The notes under the pieces: generated by a model
The model's database searches: none
What the model was told of the DNA's origin: nothing
The model's input: only the letters and a program-made list of their open reading frames with translations
Translations under genes and position numbers: made by a program
Shown here: in pieces, positions 17,603 to 26,318 of the stretch
Layout: each line of letters opens with the position of its first letter
Numbering within the stretch: position 1 is the stretch's first letter
Source: a virus
Lineage: Duplodnaviria > Heunggongvirae > Uroviricota > Caudoviricetes
IMG/VR virus record: IMGVR_UViG_3300042880_000509
Direction: 5' to 3' (one strand)
Length of the DNA: 64,000 nt

Positions 17603-18208
17603 TTATTTAATATCTGTTGACTCTAATAGAGTGTATGAAAATTTGTTTCCGTGAATTTTAGATGCCTTTTTACATAAAGACATAAATACGTCAAAGTCTT
17701 TTACTCTTTTAAATACCTGACATCCTTCACTCCAATTTTCAACCCATTGTGAATCTTGACCTGCTTTGTGGATGTTAATACCAAAAATACCTGTGTCAGT
17801 TTTTGTTTCTTCAAAAATAAGATCTTTGTTTGCGTCTCTCCAAACAGTTACATTTCCTAATCTCTGACAAAGTGCTTCGTATTTTCCTTGGTGTAAATCA
17901 ATTTTCCACACACCTCTATATTGTCCTGGTACTAACCTTGCAACACCATTTTTATTATGGAATTGTTGAACACCTTTTTTACCTGGGTCACACGTTGCCA
18001 CCCAACAATAGTATTGCCAAACACCTTTTTCATCTTTAAATGATAATGTAAGGTGATCGTCAAATACGTTTGTTACTTTTTTTGCAACTGAAGGTGCGTT
18101 GTTTCTTACTCCTACGATATTCACATCGTAACTTTTGTTTGATGTATCTTCAAACCAAACATAACCTTTGGCTTTTACGGCAGCCTCAACCTGTTCTCTT
18201 GTGTACAT
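17603..18208 (-). CDS. Putative peptidoglycan-active enzyme with YkuD-like (L,D-transpeptidase fold) catalytic motif
   Basis: GINIHKAG...(11 aa)...SEGCQVF fits the YkuD pattern IHGT...S-x-GC-[IV]-[RN], with His then Cys. Weak assignment. Confidence 0.45.
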   Translation of the reverse strand: MYTREQVEAAVKAKGYVWFEDTSNKSYDVNIVGVRNNAPSVAKKVTNVFDDHLTLSFKDEKGVWQYYCWVATCDPGKKGVQQFHNKNGVARLVPGQYRGVWKIDLHQGKYEALCQRLGNVTVWRDANKDLIFEETKTDTGIFGINIHKAGQDSQWVENWSEGCQVFKRVKDFDVFMSLCKKASKIHGNKFSYTLLESTDIK

Positions 18209-18275
18209 AATTTATAATTTTTATTATAAATATATCTTGATTTGAAAAGTAAAGAGTTGGGACATATTTATTAGT
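18209..18275 (+). promoter_or_regulatory. Upstream region of the plus-strand sensor-kinase/lysis operon (presumed promoter)
   Basis: 67-nt AT-rich gap preceding four co-directional, tightly spaced plus-strand genes. No motif called. Confidence 0.3.
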
Positions 18276-19874
18276 ATGATACATTCACGTAAACTAATAT
18301 TATTTTCATCAATATCTTTGATGTTCATATTCCTATTAACTAAAACATTAATTTTATTAAATTTAGTTAGTCCTAGCGACATCACAAGGGTTATTGAAAT
18401 GTTTTGTTTTTTAACATTTTCACCATTATTTTATTTTTTAATGAAAAAACAAAATGTGGACTTGAAAAGTGGTTTATTAAAACAAATTAAAGATAGTGAA
18501 GAATTTATTGATTCCGCAACAATTGTTTCTGTTGCCGATAAGTATGGTAAAATCACATACGTTAATAAAAAATTTGAAGAAGTTTCTGGGTGGTCTTTAG
18601 ATGAGGTTAAAGGTATGGATCATAGTGTTGTTAACTCTGGCTTGCAACCTGATGGGTATTGGGGAAAGATGTATGAGACTGTAATGAAAGGTGAGATATG
18701 GAATGATGTTGTTACAAATAAAGGAAAGTCGGGTGAACTATATTATGTTGATACATACATCAAAGCAAAATTTGATAAGAAGGGTAAGTTAGATGGGTTT
18801 TCATCCATCAGACAAGATGTTACAGAACTTAAAAGAAAAGAAATGGAAATCCGTAATAGAATGAACGCAATAAATAAATCTAATGCTGTTATTGAGTTTG
18901 ATTTAGAAGGAAACATCATTTTTGCTAATGAATTGTTTTTAAATACTATGGGTTATTCTTCGCCGGATGAAGTAATTGGGAAACACCACAGAATTTTTAT
19001 TGATGAAGATCACTTAAAAAGTGAGGAATATTCTATTTTTTGGAAAAAACTAAATGATGGTATATTATTTACTGGTGAAATTACTAGAGTCAAAAAAGAC
19101 GGGTCTTTAGTTTATTTACAAGCAACTTACAACCCAATTATTGGTGTGGATGGTAAGATTTATCGTGTTATGAAAATAGCAACAGACGTAACCAATTCTT
19201 ATGAACAAAAGAAAGAGATAGAAAAGAAAAATACCTATTTAGAACACGCTGCTAAAATATTAAGACACGATATGCACTCTGGTATTAACACATATATGCC
19301 AAGAGGGTTAAGTTCTTTAGAAAGAAGGTTAAGTTCTGAAGATATTACATCGTTAAAGATTGAAGCTCCAATTAGAATGATTAAAGAAGGATTAAAACAT
19401 TCTCAAAAAGTATATAAAGGAGTTTATGAATTTACCAATCTAGTTAAAAAAGATGTTGTTTTAAATAAAACTGAATGTAATTTAAAATCAATTTTATCTG
19501 ATTACCTATCATCAACAGCATATTTAAGTCAAGTAATTATTGAAGACTTACCTACAATAGAAGTAAACGAAGCGTTATTTTGTACCGCAGTTGATAATTT
19601 AATTAGAAACGGTTTAAAATATAACGATTCAGATACCAAATTTGTTAAAATTTATTCCGATGAGAATAATATTTACATACAAGATAACGGTAGAGGAATC
19701 ACACAAGAAGATTTTGATCACTTATCTAAACCATACACAAGAAAAGAAGGGCAAAAAGAATCTGGTACTGGTTTAGGTTTAAATATTTGCGTTGCTATTT
19801 TAGAAGAGCACGGGTTTAATATTACTTGTGAGAAAAATGAAATAGGAACAAAAATGAAAATAAAAATAAAATAA
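18276..19874 (+). CDS. Membrane-anchored sensor histidine kinase with two PAS domains
   Basis: Two N-terminal hydrophobic helices. PAS 1: ATIVSVADKYGKITYVNKKFEEVSGWS...DGFSSIRQDVTE. PAS 2: AVIEFDLEGNIIFANELF...DGKIYRVMKIATDVT. H-box region AAKILRHDMHSG. HATPase_c N-box NLIRNGLKYN, G1 DNGRGI, G2 GTGLGLNI. Confidence 0.8.
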   Translation: MIHSRKLILFSSISLMFIFLLTKTLILLNLVSPSDITRVIEMFCFLTFSPLFYFLMKKQNVDLKSGLLKQIKDSEEFIDSATIVSVADKYGKITYVNKKFEEVSGWSLDEVKGMDHSVVNSGLQPDGYWGKMYETVMKGEIWNDVVTNKGKSGELYYVDTYIKAKFDKKGKLDGFSSIRQDVTELKRKEMEIRNRMNAINKSNAVIEFDLEGNIIFANELFLNTMGYSSPDEVIGKHHRIFIDEDHLKSEEYSIFWKKLNDGILFTGEITRVKKDGSLVYLQATYNPIIGVDGKIYRVMKIATDVTNSYEQKKEIEKKNTYLEHAAKILRHDMHSGINTYMPRGLSSLERRLSSEDITSLKIEAPIRMIKEGLKHSQKVYKGVYEFTNLVKKDVVLNKTECNLKSILSDYLSSTAYLSQVIIEDLPTIEVNEALFCTAVDNLIRNGLKYNDSDTKFVKIYSDENNIYIQDNGRGITQEDFDHLSKPYTRKEGQKESGTGLGLNICVAILEEHGFNITCEKNEIGTKMKIKIK

Positions 19875-19891
19875 AAAACAAAAAAAGAAAA

Positions 19892-20329
19892 ATGATTGAT
19901 TCAATTTTATTGGTGGATGATGAGGATTTATTCCATTTGGTGTTTGAGGATGCTTGTTCGTTATTAGACATAAGTTTGTCTTTAAATGCGTTAAATAGTT
20001 CTGACGAGGCAGCAAAACTATTTCAAAAATGGTTCCAGGATGGTGACAATAATGATAAACCTGAATGTGTGTTTGTTGACTTAAACATAATTGGTAGTTC
20101 TTTTGATGGTATAGAGTTAATTAGAAAAGTTAATTTTGAATATGGTAATCACGTAGTTATTGGTATCATATCATCATCAAACGAACCGGAAGAACAAGCA
20201 AAAGCGCTCCAGGCTGGTGCTCAATTCTGGATTATTAAATCAGATGATATTGAACCTCGTTTAGAAGAGTTCAGAAAAGATTATGATGGGTATAAAAATA
20301 GAACAGCACCATTTAAAGTATATAAATGA
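19892..20329 (+). CDS. Stand-alone response-regulator receiver (REC) domain protein
   Basis: ILLVDDE (acidic pocket), VFVDLNIIG (phospho-acceptor Asp), GIISSS (conserved S/T) and FWIIKS (conserved Lys). No output domain. Confidence 0.75.
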   Translation: MIDSILLVDDEDLFHLVFEDACSLLDISLSLNALNSSDEAAKLFQKWFQDGDNNDKPECVFVDLNIIGSSFDGIELIRKVNFEYGNHVVIGIISSSNEPEEQAKALQAGAQFWIIKSDDIEPRLEEFRKDYDGYKNRTAPFKVYK

Positions 20330-21000
20330 TAAGGTTAGATAAAAATAGTGAAACAGATTTAATTAAACTCTTTGAGTCCAAGAACGTTGGGCTTGAGGGG
20401 AATGTTATTAAATTAATTGAGTCTGATAACGACGAATTTAAAACCTATCTAACTAAATGTACTGATAAAGATAAAGATTCCAGACGTAAACGATTAGAGA
20501 TAACAAAAAAAATACAATTACAAAACAATGAATTATCTGATCTAAACGAACAGAATCAAAAGATGATGGAGGATCTTCAGTCCACACTAAAAGAAGCTGA
20601 AGAACAAAAAGTAAAAATTGAGGCTCAGAATGGTGAGTTAGTCGCTTGGAGAGAAGAGAACGAAAAGATACAACAGGAATTACAAAAGGAGATGATTAAA
20701 TCTGAAAGTGCAAGAATACGTGCCGAAGAAGCAAAGACAAACGCAATCAACGATCTTGACATCCTCCAAAAGAAAAACCAAACGGAATTAATATCAACAA
20801 TTGTAAGGGTTGCCCTTTATATTATTGTTGGTGTTGGTATTGTTACTACCGGAGTATATGTATTCACTATTGTTATGGGTAAAGACACACAAGTTATTAG
20901 TGCCGCTTGGTCAAACATATTTGGTATACTTCTAACAAACGCATTCTCAATTGTGGGAACCATTATGGGTATTAAATACGCAACAGAAAATAAACAATAA
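20326..21000 (+). CDS. Coiled-coil protein with two C-terminal transmembrane helices; possible lysis regulator/holin-like component
   Basis: About 150 aa of heptad-like E/K/Q-rich sequence, then IVRVALYIIVGVGIVTTGVYVFTIVMG and WSNIFGILLTNAFSIVGTIMGI. 4-nt overlap with the REC gene. Lies immediately upstream of the endolysin. Confidence 0.55.
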   Translation: MIRLDKNSETDLIKLFESKNVGLEGNVIKLIESDNDEFKTYLTKCTDKDKDSRRKRLEITKKIQLQNNELSDLNEQNQKMMEDLQSTLKEAEEQKVKIEAQNGELVAWREENEKIQQELQKEMIKSESARIRAEEAKTNAINDLDILQKKNQTELISTIVRVALYIIVGVGIVTTGVYVFTIVMGKDTQVISAAWSNIFGILLTNAFSIVGTIMGIKYATENKQ

Positions 21001-21010
21001 AATAAAAACT

Positions 21011-21835
21011 ATGTTATTAAAAGTAGGATCGAAAGGAGACGATGTAAAAAAACTTCAAGAAAAATTAGGATTAACGGCTGATGGTTCTTTTGGACCTAAA
21101 ACTGAAACGGTGGTAAAAGAATGGCAAACTAAAAACGGATTAACCGCTGATGGTATTGTTGGTGATGGTACTTGGGCTAAAATGTTCGGAACAACTCAAG
21201 TAGTTAAAGAAGATGTTGTGATTACACCAGTTGTAGGACTAAACGTTGAGAAACTAAAAGGTCACATTCCTGATGTTGTTATTGCACAGATAGCGGAAAC
21301 CGCAAAGAAATTTAACATTACAACAAATCTTAGACTTGCTCACTTTTTATCACAATGTGGACATGAGTCAGGAGGATTTAAAGCGGTATCAGAAAATTTA
21401 AACTATTCGGCTGACGGATTAAAAAGAACGTTTGGTAAATACTTTCCTGGTAACTTGGCAGAATCATATGCTAAACAACCAGAAAAGATTGCATCAAGAG
21501 TTTATGCTAACCGTATGAGTAACGGAGATGAAGCGTCAAAAGAGGGTTATAAATTTAGAGGGAGAGGTTATATTCAGTTGACAGGCAAAGGAAACTACAC
21601 AAGTTTTACTAAATTTATTGGTGAAGATTGTGTTGCAAATCCTGATCTTGTTGCTACTAAATACCCATTGGCATCTGCCGCATTTTTCTTTGATTCAAAT
21701 AAACTTTGGTCAATATGTGATAAAGGTGCTGATGATGCTGCGGTAACTGCGGTAACAAAACGAGTAAATGGGGGAACCATAGGACTTGCTGATAGAATCA
21801 AACACTTTAAAGAGTATTATAATTTGTTAAAATAA
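21011..21835 (+). CDS. Endolysin: N-terminal peptidoglycan-binding domain plus GH19 glycoside hydrolase domain
   Basis: PG_binding_1 motif KLQEKLGLTADGSFGPKTETVVKEWQTKNGLTADGIVG. GH19 motifs FLSQCGHESGGF and YKFRGRGYIQLTGKGNY. Start chosen at 21011 (MLLKVGSKGDD). Confidence 0.85.
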   Translation: MLLKVGSKGDDVKKLQEKLGLTADGSFGPKTETVVKEWQTKNGLTADGIVGDGTWAKMFGTTQVVKEDVVITPVVGLNVEKLKGHIPDVVIAQIAETAKKFNITTNLRLAHFLSQCGHESGGFKAVSENLNYSADGLKRTFGKYFPGNLAESYAKQPEKIASRVYANRMSNGDEASKEGYKFRGRGYIQLTGKGNYTSFTKFIGEDCVANPDLVATKYPLASAAFFFDSNKLWSICDKGADDAAVTAVTKRVNGGTIGLADRIKHFKEYYNLLK

Positions 21836-21840
21836 AAAGA

Positions 21841-21868
21841 AAACCCACTTAATCGGTGGGTTTTTTTT
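21841..21868 (+). terminator. Intrinsic terminator after the endolysin (AAACCCAC-TTAATCG-GTGGGTTT plus T8)
   Basis: 8-bp stem followed by TTTTTTTT. Confidence 0.75.
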
Positions 21869-22103
21869 ATGATATAATTTTTATTTCACTATCCGTTTCA
21901 ATAACTACTCTGGCACCACAACTTAATAATGGTTTCTTATCTCCACTACCACAATACTTTATCTTACTCGGTCCAAGTATTTCTACTTCATTACAGTAAG
22001 TATTTGTTTTACCTTCCTTAATTGTAATAACTGGAAGATCTGTGTCCTTTGTTTTATTGGACCTAACGTGGTGTTGGTTAACGTGTATTCGTTTTTTTGA
22101 CAT
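21867..22103 (-). CDS. Small conserved-looking protein (78 aa)
   Basis: ORF containing HVNQHHVRSN...PVITIKEGK...YCNEVEILGPS. Family not identified with certainty. Confidence 0.5.
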   Translation of the reverse strand: MSKKRIHVNQHHVRSNKTKDTDLPVITIKEGKTNTYCNEVEILGPSKIKYCGSGDKKPLLSCGARVVIETDSEIKIIS

Positions 22104-22105
22104 AA

Positions 22106-22738
22106 CTATTCATTATCATAAAACATTCTGTCAGAATCTTCTGTATGCCATTTCTCGTAATCTTCTACATTATAGTTTTCATTACAAACCAGATAGTCAG
22201 GTTTATCTGGAAAAGGTTTGGTAACAAATGAAGGTTCAGACCATTTAATCCTATTGTTTGGTTGAAGGGCAATCTGTCCATTGTCAAGAAGTATAATATG
22301 ATGAGACTTATGTTCATCAGGAGTTTCTGATAATGTAAGATCAGTGTTCATATCATTACTACCCCAGTTAATAGTAGCATAATAACTTCCTTTATACCAC
22401 TTTTTATCTTTAGCATAAAATTCTACGGGAGCGTCTTTTAAATAATTGAGTTGTAACAATGTAAAGTTATACGAGAAACAATTCCATATCTGTAAGTAAT
22501 GAAATGGTAAATCTAAATCTGGTAGTTGAGGTTTGGTCATTAGGGCATGTGAGGGGAGTTTATCTCTAAGCACTCCATTCTCTAATAGTACTTGGAATAA
22601 TGCTGCCTGTCCCGGCATACATCTAACAGAAATTATAACCCCTGGTGTAAATTCTCCTAAACCTTTAGTTTTTTGATATAAATACTCATCCCTAACAAAG
22701 ACCTTCAAAGGAAAAAAATTGTGTTCTATATATGCCAT
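22106..22738 (-). CDS. Hypothetical protein (210 aa)
   Basis: Non-repetitive ORF. No recognised motif. Confidence 0.55.
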   Translation of the reverse strand: MAYIEHNFFPLKVFVRDEYLYQKTKGLGEFTPGVIISVRCMPGQAALFQVLLENGVLRDKLPSHALMTKPQLPDLDLPFHYLQIWNCFSYNFTLLQLNYLKDAPVEFYAKDKKWYKGSYYATINWGSNDMNTDLTLSETPDEHKSHHIILLDNGQIALQPNNRIKWSEPSFVTKPFPDKPDYLVCNENYNVEDYEKWHTEDSDRMFYDNE

Positions 22739-22828
22739 AGTATTTAATAAAATCCTTTACCGGTGTGGATCATCGCGTTTATTCTTTGTTGTTCTAACCA
22801 ACCTAAAAATTTGAATAGCTTTTTCATT

Positions 22829-23146
22829 TTATTCTACTGATTCGCACATATTAGTTATATCGTCTTCAACCTCATCAATCATAGGTTGATTTTCCAATTC
22901 TTCAATTACGATGTTAATTGCTTCTGGATAATGATTTGCACTTCCTGGTTGGAAGTAAATACTGGTAAGACCCAACACTTCATTATTTATGTAATGTCTA
23001 AATTTTCCTTTTGCTTTATTAACTTCCCAGTCCATTGATACATCATTCCAATCTTCTAAAACAAGTCGGTTTCCACCTTTTATCTTGTAATGTAATCTAA
23101 TCAAATTATTATGACTAAATTTTTCTATAAATTCTCTTAGTTTCAT
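22829..23146 (-). CDS. Hypothetical protein (105 aa)
   Basis: ORF. Confidence 0.45.
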   Translation of the reverse strand: MKLREFIEKFSHNNLIRLHYKIKGGNRLVLEDWNDVSMDWEVNKAKGKFRHYINNEVLGLTSIYFQPGSANHYPEAINIVIEELENQPMIDEVEDDITNMCESVE

Positions 23147-23168
23147 TTTATTTATTTTTTAATTTTAT

Positions 23169-23513
23169 TTAAATAATGAATGTTCCTTTTCGGTGTTTAT
23201 CCTCAACCTCACTTGGATCATCATAATATATTGCCATATACTTTGCCAATTTATCAAATGATTCAAATACAAATGTTTGACAACCAACACTAACAATAAA
23301 CCCATTATGTACGTGTTTAATGGTTACATCATATTGAGCTAATTTATCATTCATGTCTACAACAGGCATTGGTCTGCAATCTTCTTCTCTATCATATGCT
23401 TCAAGTGCGGGTTCTTCAACCAGGATAGATTCTTCTAGGTTAATAATACTTTCAACTGCGTCGTGAAATACCCTTCCTAGATCCTCTAATCGTTCTCTTT
23501 GTCTTCTGTTCAT
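23169..23513 (-). CDS. Hypothetical protein (114 aa)
   Basis: ORF. Confidence 0.45.
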   Translation of the reverse strand: MNRRQRERLEDLGRVFHDAVESIINLEESILVEEPALEAYDREEDCRPMPVVDMNDKLAQYDVTIKHVHNGFIVSVGCQTFVFESFDKLAKYMAIYYDDPSEVEDKHRKGTFII

Positions 23514-23514
23514 T

Positions 23515-23745
23515 TTATTTATTTTTTAATTGATTTATAACTTTATTCATATATCCCTCAAGAAGAAAAAGTTTTCTTCTAATACCAATATTATCCATAT
23601 CAGCCAATAACCTCAAATAGTCGTTTAGTTCATCAAGTTGTGTTTGTGGTTCAACTTCCTTTTGAATTTCAAGGTCAGGAAATGTGTTTTTAAGTGCGTT
23701 TTTATGTCTATTTGATAGTTCTTCCATAATTATATTTTTATTCAT
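23515..23745 (-). CDS. Hypothetical protein (76 aa)
   Basis: ORF, 2-nt gap to the neighbouring gene. Confidence 0.4.
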   Translation of the reverse strand: MNKNIIMEELSNRHKNALKNTFPDLEIQKEVEPQTQLDELNDYLRLLADMDNIGIRRKLFLLEGYMNKVINQLKNK

Positions 23746-23998
23746 AAGGTATAATTGATACTTTATATTTCAAGTTAGTTTCGGTGGAAACTAAACCCCA
23801 TACAACTGATAATTCTTCTGGTTTTGCTATAATGGGTGTAACAAAATACCCTTCTACTTTATTTAAAGATTCATCAACAGTTTTAACTAAATCAACTGGT
23901 ATTTTCGTTTCAATTTCTATTTTTTCAAATGATTCGGGACTGTAAAAATCTCCTTTGTAATTTTCCATAATTATACTTTTTCGTAGGTTAATCCCCAT
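23738..23998 (-). CDS. Hypothetical protein (86 aa)
   Basis: ORF with a short overlap with neighbours. Confidence 0.4.
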   Translation of the reverse strand: MGINLRKSIIMENYKGDFYSPESFEKIEIETKIPVDLVKTVDESLNKVEGYFVTPIIAKPEELSVVWGLVSTETNLKYKVSIIPYE

Positions 23999-24264
23999 TT
24001 TTCACTTATCTCAGTGAATTTATCGTTTATTGTTTCTTCTTTAATTCCATTTAAATATGAGAAATCATTCTCAAATTGTAAACCGTGTTCTTGGTTTGCG
24101 TCCGTAATTTTTCGTTTAAGAACGGAAAGTTCGTTTGAAGTATAAAATTCTGTTCCGTGATCAATAATTTTCAGTTCCACAAGGGTCTTATCATCAAAGG
24201 TTTTTATTTGGTGTGTCATATTACTGGGCAATATAAATTTTAGTCGGTCTTTCATTTTCAACAA
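23971..24264 (-). CDS. Hypothetical protein (97 aa)
   Basis: ORF. Confidence 0.4.
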   Translation of the reverse strand: MLKMKDRLKFILPSNMTHQIKTFDDKTLVELKIIDHGTEFYTSNELSVLKRKITDANQEHGLQFENDFSYLNGIKEETINDKFTEISEKWGLTYEKV

Positions 24265-24559
24265 TACTTCCGTTGTCTGAACTGTGCCATTCCATTACTC
24301 TACCGGTGTTTGGTTTCTCTTCACATTTAATCGCATAAAAGATCTGACATCCCGCAATTATAATTTCTTTACCATTTCCACCAACAACCGCATACCAGTT
24401 GGCACTATTCCTGTTGGTTTTAACTCCAAGGATTGCGTCCTCCACGATTTTAACATCACCCCAAACCGCTTGATAGGATAATCCATCTGGTGCTGTAAAG
24501 TATTTTTCTGTTGTTATTAGGTATTTTCCTTCCATACTACTTCTTTTTGAATTGTTCAA
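24221..24559 (-). CDS. Hypothetical protein (112 aa)
   Basis: ORF. Confidence 0.45.
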   Translation of the reverse strand: MNNSKRSSMEGKYLITTEKYFTAPDGLSYQAVWGDVKIVEDAILGVKTNRNSANWYAVVGGNGKEIIIAGCQIFYAIKCEEKPNTGRVMEWHSSDNGSIVENERPTKIYIAQ

Positions 24560-24740
24560 ATAATTGTTGGGTAGTTATAACTCTGTTAGGGTATTTATTA
24601 TCTTGTACTCTACACCAATTAGCAAATTCTAACACTTCTTCCTCACTGTACACTTTTTTAGATTTTCTTTTAGTTTCAATTTTATCTCTTATGGACTTCA
24701 TTCTGTCCTGACATTTTTTCACTAATTCTGCTGTTTTCAT
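24537..24740 (-). CDS. Hypothetical small basic protein (67 aa)
   Basis: ORF. Confidence 0.4.
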   Translation of the reverse strand: MKTAELVKKCQDRMKSIRDKIETKRKSKKVYSEEEVLEFANWCRVQDNKYPNRVITTQQLFEQFKKK

Positions 24741-24857
24741 ATTCTATTTTTTTATTTCTTTTTAAGTATTTTATGGACGAAAAAATGTATTAAATAAACT
24801 GTATTAAAAATTAATATTCCTTGACATATACAAGTTACAATTTTTTCACATATCATG

Positions 24858-25085
24858 TTACTCCGATTTAAAATTAGATATATAATATTGTCCTGCACTA
24901 GAAAAACCATCTCCTCCAGCTGCGCTATTCCAAGCCTCCATTATCTGATCTTCAAACATTTTGTTGGATTGCTCTAATAACAAATCAAGTTGATTTCTAA
25001 ACTCAAGTACATCAATATTTCCTTGTTCTCTTTGTGTCATTAACTCAATTACTTTTAAGTTATACCATTCTACTGCCGTTTTCAT
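24858..25085 (-). CDS. Hypothetical protein (75 aa)
   Basis: ORF. Confidence 0.4.
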   Translation of the reverse strand: MKTAVEWYNLKVIELMTQREQGNIDVLEFRNQLDLLLEQSNKMFEDQIMEAWNSAAGGDGFSSAGQYYISNFKSE

Positions 25086-25106
25086 AATTTTTTATTTTTT
25101 AATTTG

Positions 25107-25225
25107 TAGTCAGGACAGGACTCGAACCCGTACGAATATCTTTACACCTGACCCAACCACAAGGACCAGGATTTCGGTAATATTCACTGTTTTGTCTGTT
25201 GCGTCTACCATTCCGCCACCTGACT
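25107..25225 (-). tRNA. tRNA-like element, non-canonical (about 116-118 nt); type-II (Leu-like) D-arm and canonical T-arm/acceptor but no recognisable anticodon arm
   Basis: Minus-strand read: GTCAGGTGGCGGAATGGTAGACGCA (compare E. coli tRNA-Leu GTGGCGGAATTGGTAGACGCG), then 3' ACGGGTTCGAGTCCTGT-CCTGAC (T-loop GGTTCGAGTCC). The acceptor 5' GTCAGG pairs with the 3' CCTGAC. The 8-mer GTCAGGTG recurs internally. No 7-nt U33-containing anticodon loop was found by eye. Confidence 0.4.
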
Positions 25226-25484
25226 ATAAAGTTACATATTCAATATCTTTTTTACATACAGTCATAAACACATGATGAAAAGTACTCTCTACAGGATTTG
25301 GACCAAAAGGTTGTTTGTGTGTTTTCAACTGCCCGTTAAGTTCTACATCGATAAAATCCTCGTGTAATCTTTCTTTGTATGTACTATCTTTATAAATTTT
25401 CATCTGTGGGTTTTCTTCCCAATTCCACTCTCTAATTACCAACCCTATTTGTCCGTCTTTTAATTTTACTGCTGTTTGTTTCAT
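25224..25484 (-). CDS. Hypothetical protein (86 aa)
   Basis: ORF. Its stop abuts the tRNA-like element. Confidence 0.5.
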   Translation of the reverse strand: MKQTAVKLKDGQIGLVIREWNWEENPQMKIYKDSTYKERLHEDFIDVELNGQLKTHKQPFGPNPVESTFHHVFMTVCKKDIEYVTL

Positions 25485-25508
25485 CTTAATTTATTTTACT
25501 TTTTATTA

Positions 25509-26204
25509 CTAATTTTCTAAATTCATTTTTAAAATTCCAATATGTTTTTTAATTTCATCTCTATATTGTTTAGCGATCACCCAAGGCGCCGTGGTACAAT
25601 TAAAATTATTTTCATTTATAAATTGTTTTACTCTGGTTTGTTCTTCTTCTAACAGATTTATCTGTTTTTTAATTTCTTCGCCCATATTATTTATTTTATT
25701 TAATGTTTCTTGTTTAGGTTCTTCTTGTGGAATGATGATTTTGTAATTCTCGTAAATACCTTCTTTAATAGTACCATCAGCAAATCTATCAATGTATTTA
25801 CCATCTTCCATTCTTTCAATCTCAACACACTCACAACTTGGATTCTTTACAAACCAATTCAAGAACTCATCATCAATAGCTTGAACACCATCTGCAATTA
25901 ACTCTGGGTCTGTTGTTAGAATGATTTTTTTGCAAGCATTTAATACTTCAGTAACTCCATCTTGAAATCTAATTATACCTATATTTGATTTAATTTCTAC
26001 TACTTTATGGACTAATTCTTCAGAACATAAACACCAATCTCCTTCTTTAATTTCTTCATTGGAAGTGATGTAGATATTATAATCTTGAAACCAATCTTCT
26101 TCTATTACATTTTCAAAATCATTATCTATTGTAAATATAGAATCTTTTTTATTGTAAAATAATCTACTTGGTTTTTCTGTTGGTAATAAATGTATGTTTT
26201 TCAT
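25509..26204 (-). CDS. Hypothetical protein, duplicated family (paralog of 29801..30580)
   Basis: The N-terminal 130 aa (MKNIHLLPTEKPSRL...KIILTTDPELIADGVQAIDDEFLNWFVKNPSCECVEI) align with those of the gene at 29801..30580. Confidence 0.6.
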   Translation of the reverse strand: MKNIHLLPTEKPSRLFYNKKDSIFTIDNDFENVIEEDWFQDYNIYITSNEEIKEGDWCLCSEELVHKVVEIKSNIGIIRFQDGVTEVLNACKKIILTTDPELIADGVQAIDDEFLNWFVKNPSCECVEIERMEDGKYIDRFADGTIKEGIYENYKIIIPQEEPKQETLNKINNMGEEIKKQINLLEEEQTRVKQFINENNFNCTTAPWVIAKQYRDEIKKHIGILKMNLEN

Positions 26205-26263
26205 ATTTTTTAAATTTCTTATACAAACTTAAACAATCTATTTTGATTTGAAAAGTATTTTTA

Positions 26264-26293
26264 GTTAAAATGGGTGTAAACCCCTATGAAAAT
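26264..26293 (-). repeat. 30-nt conserved intergenic element (copy 1) upstream of the duplicated gene; contains a GGGT-GTAA-ACCC hairpin
   Basis: GTTAAAATGGGTGTAAACCCCTATGAAAAT is identical at 30645..30674. Both copies lie 60-75 nt upstream of the paralog start codons on the minus strand. Confidence 0.6.
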
Positions 26294-26318
26294 TAGTATA
26301 AATACTGTTCTTAATTTA

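Noticed and set aside
20326-21000. Calling 20326..21000 a holin
   Set aside because: Its topology is atypical for known holin classes: an about 150-aa soluble coiled-coil followed by two C-terminal TM helices. The position next to the endolysin is suggestive, but it was kept as a possible lysis regulator or holin-like protein only.
25107-25225. Prophage attachment site (attL/attR) at the tRNA-like element, based on the internal duplication of GTCAGGTG
   Set aside because: The 8-nt duplication is too short and lies within a single tRNA-length element. There is no integrase gene nearby, and the surrounding genome looks uniformly phage-like on both sides.
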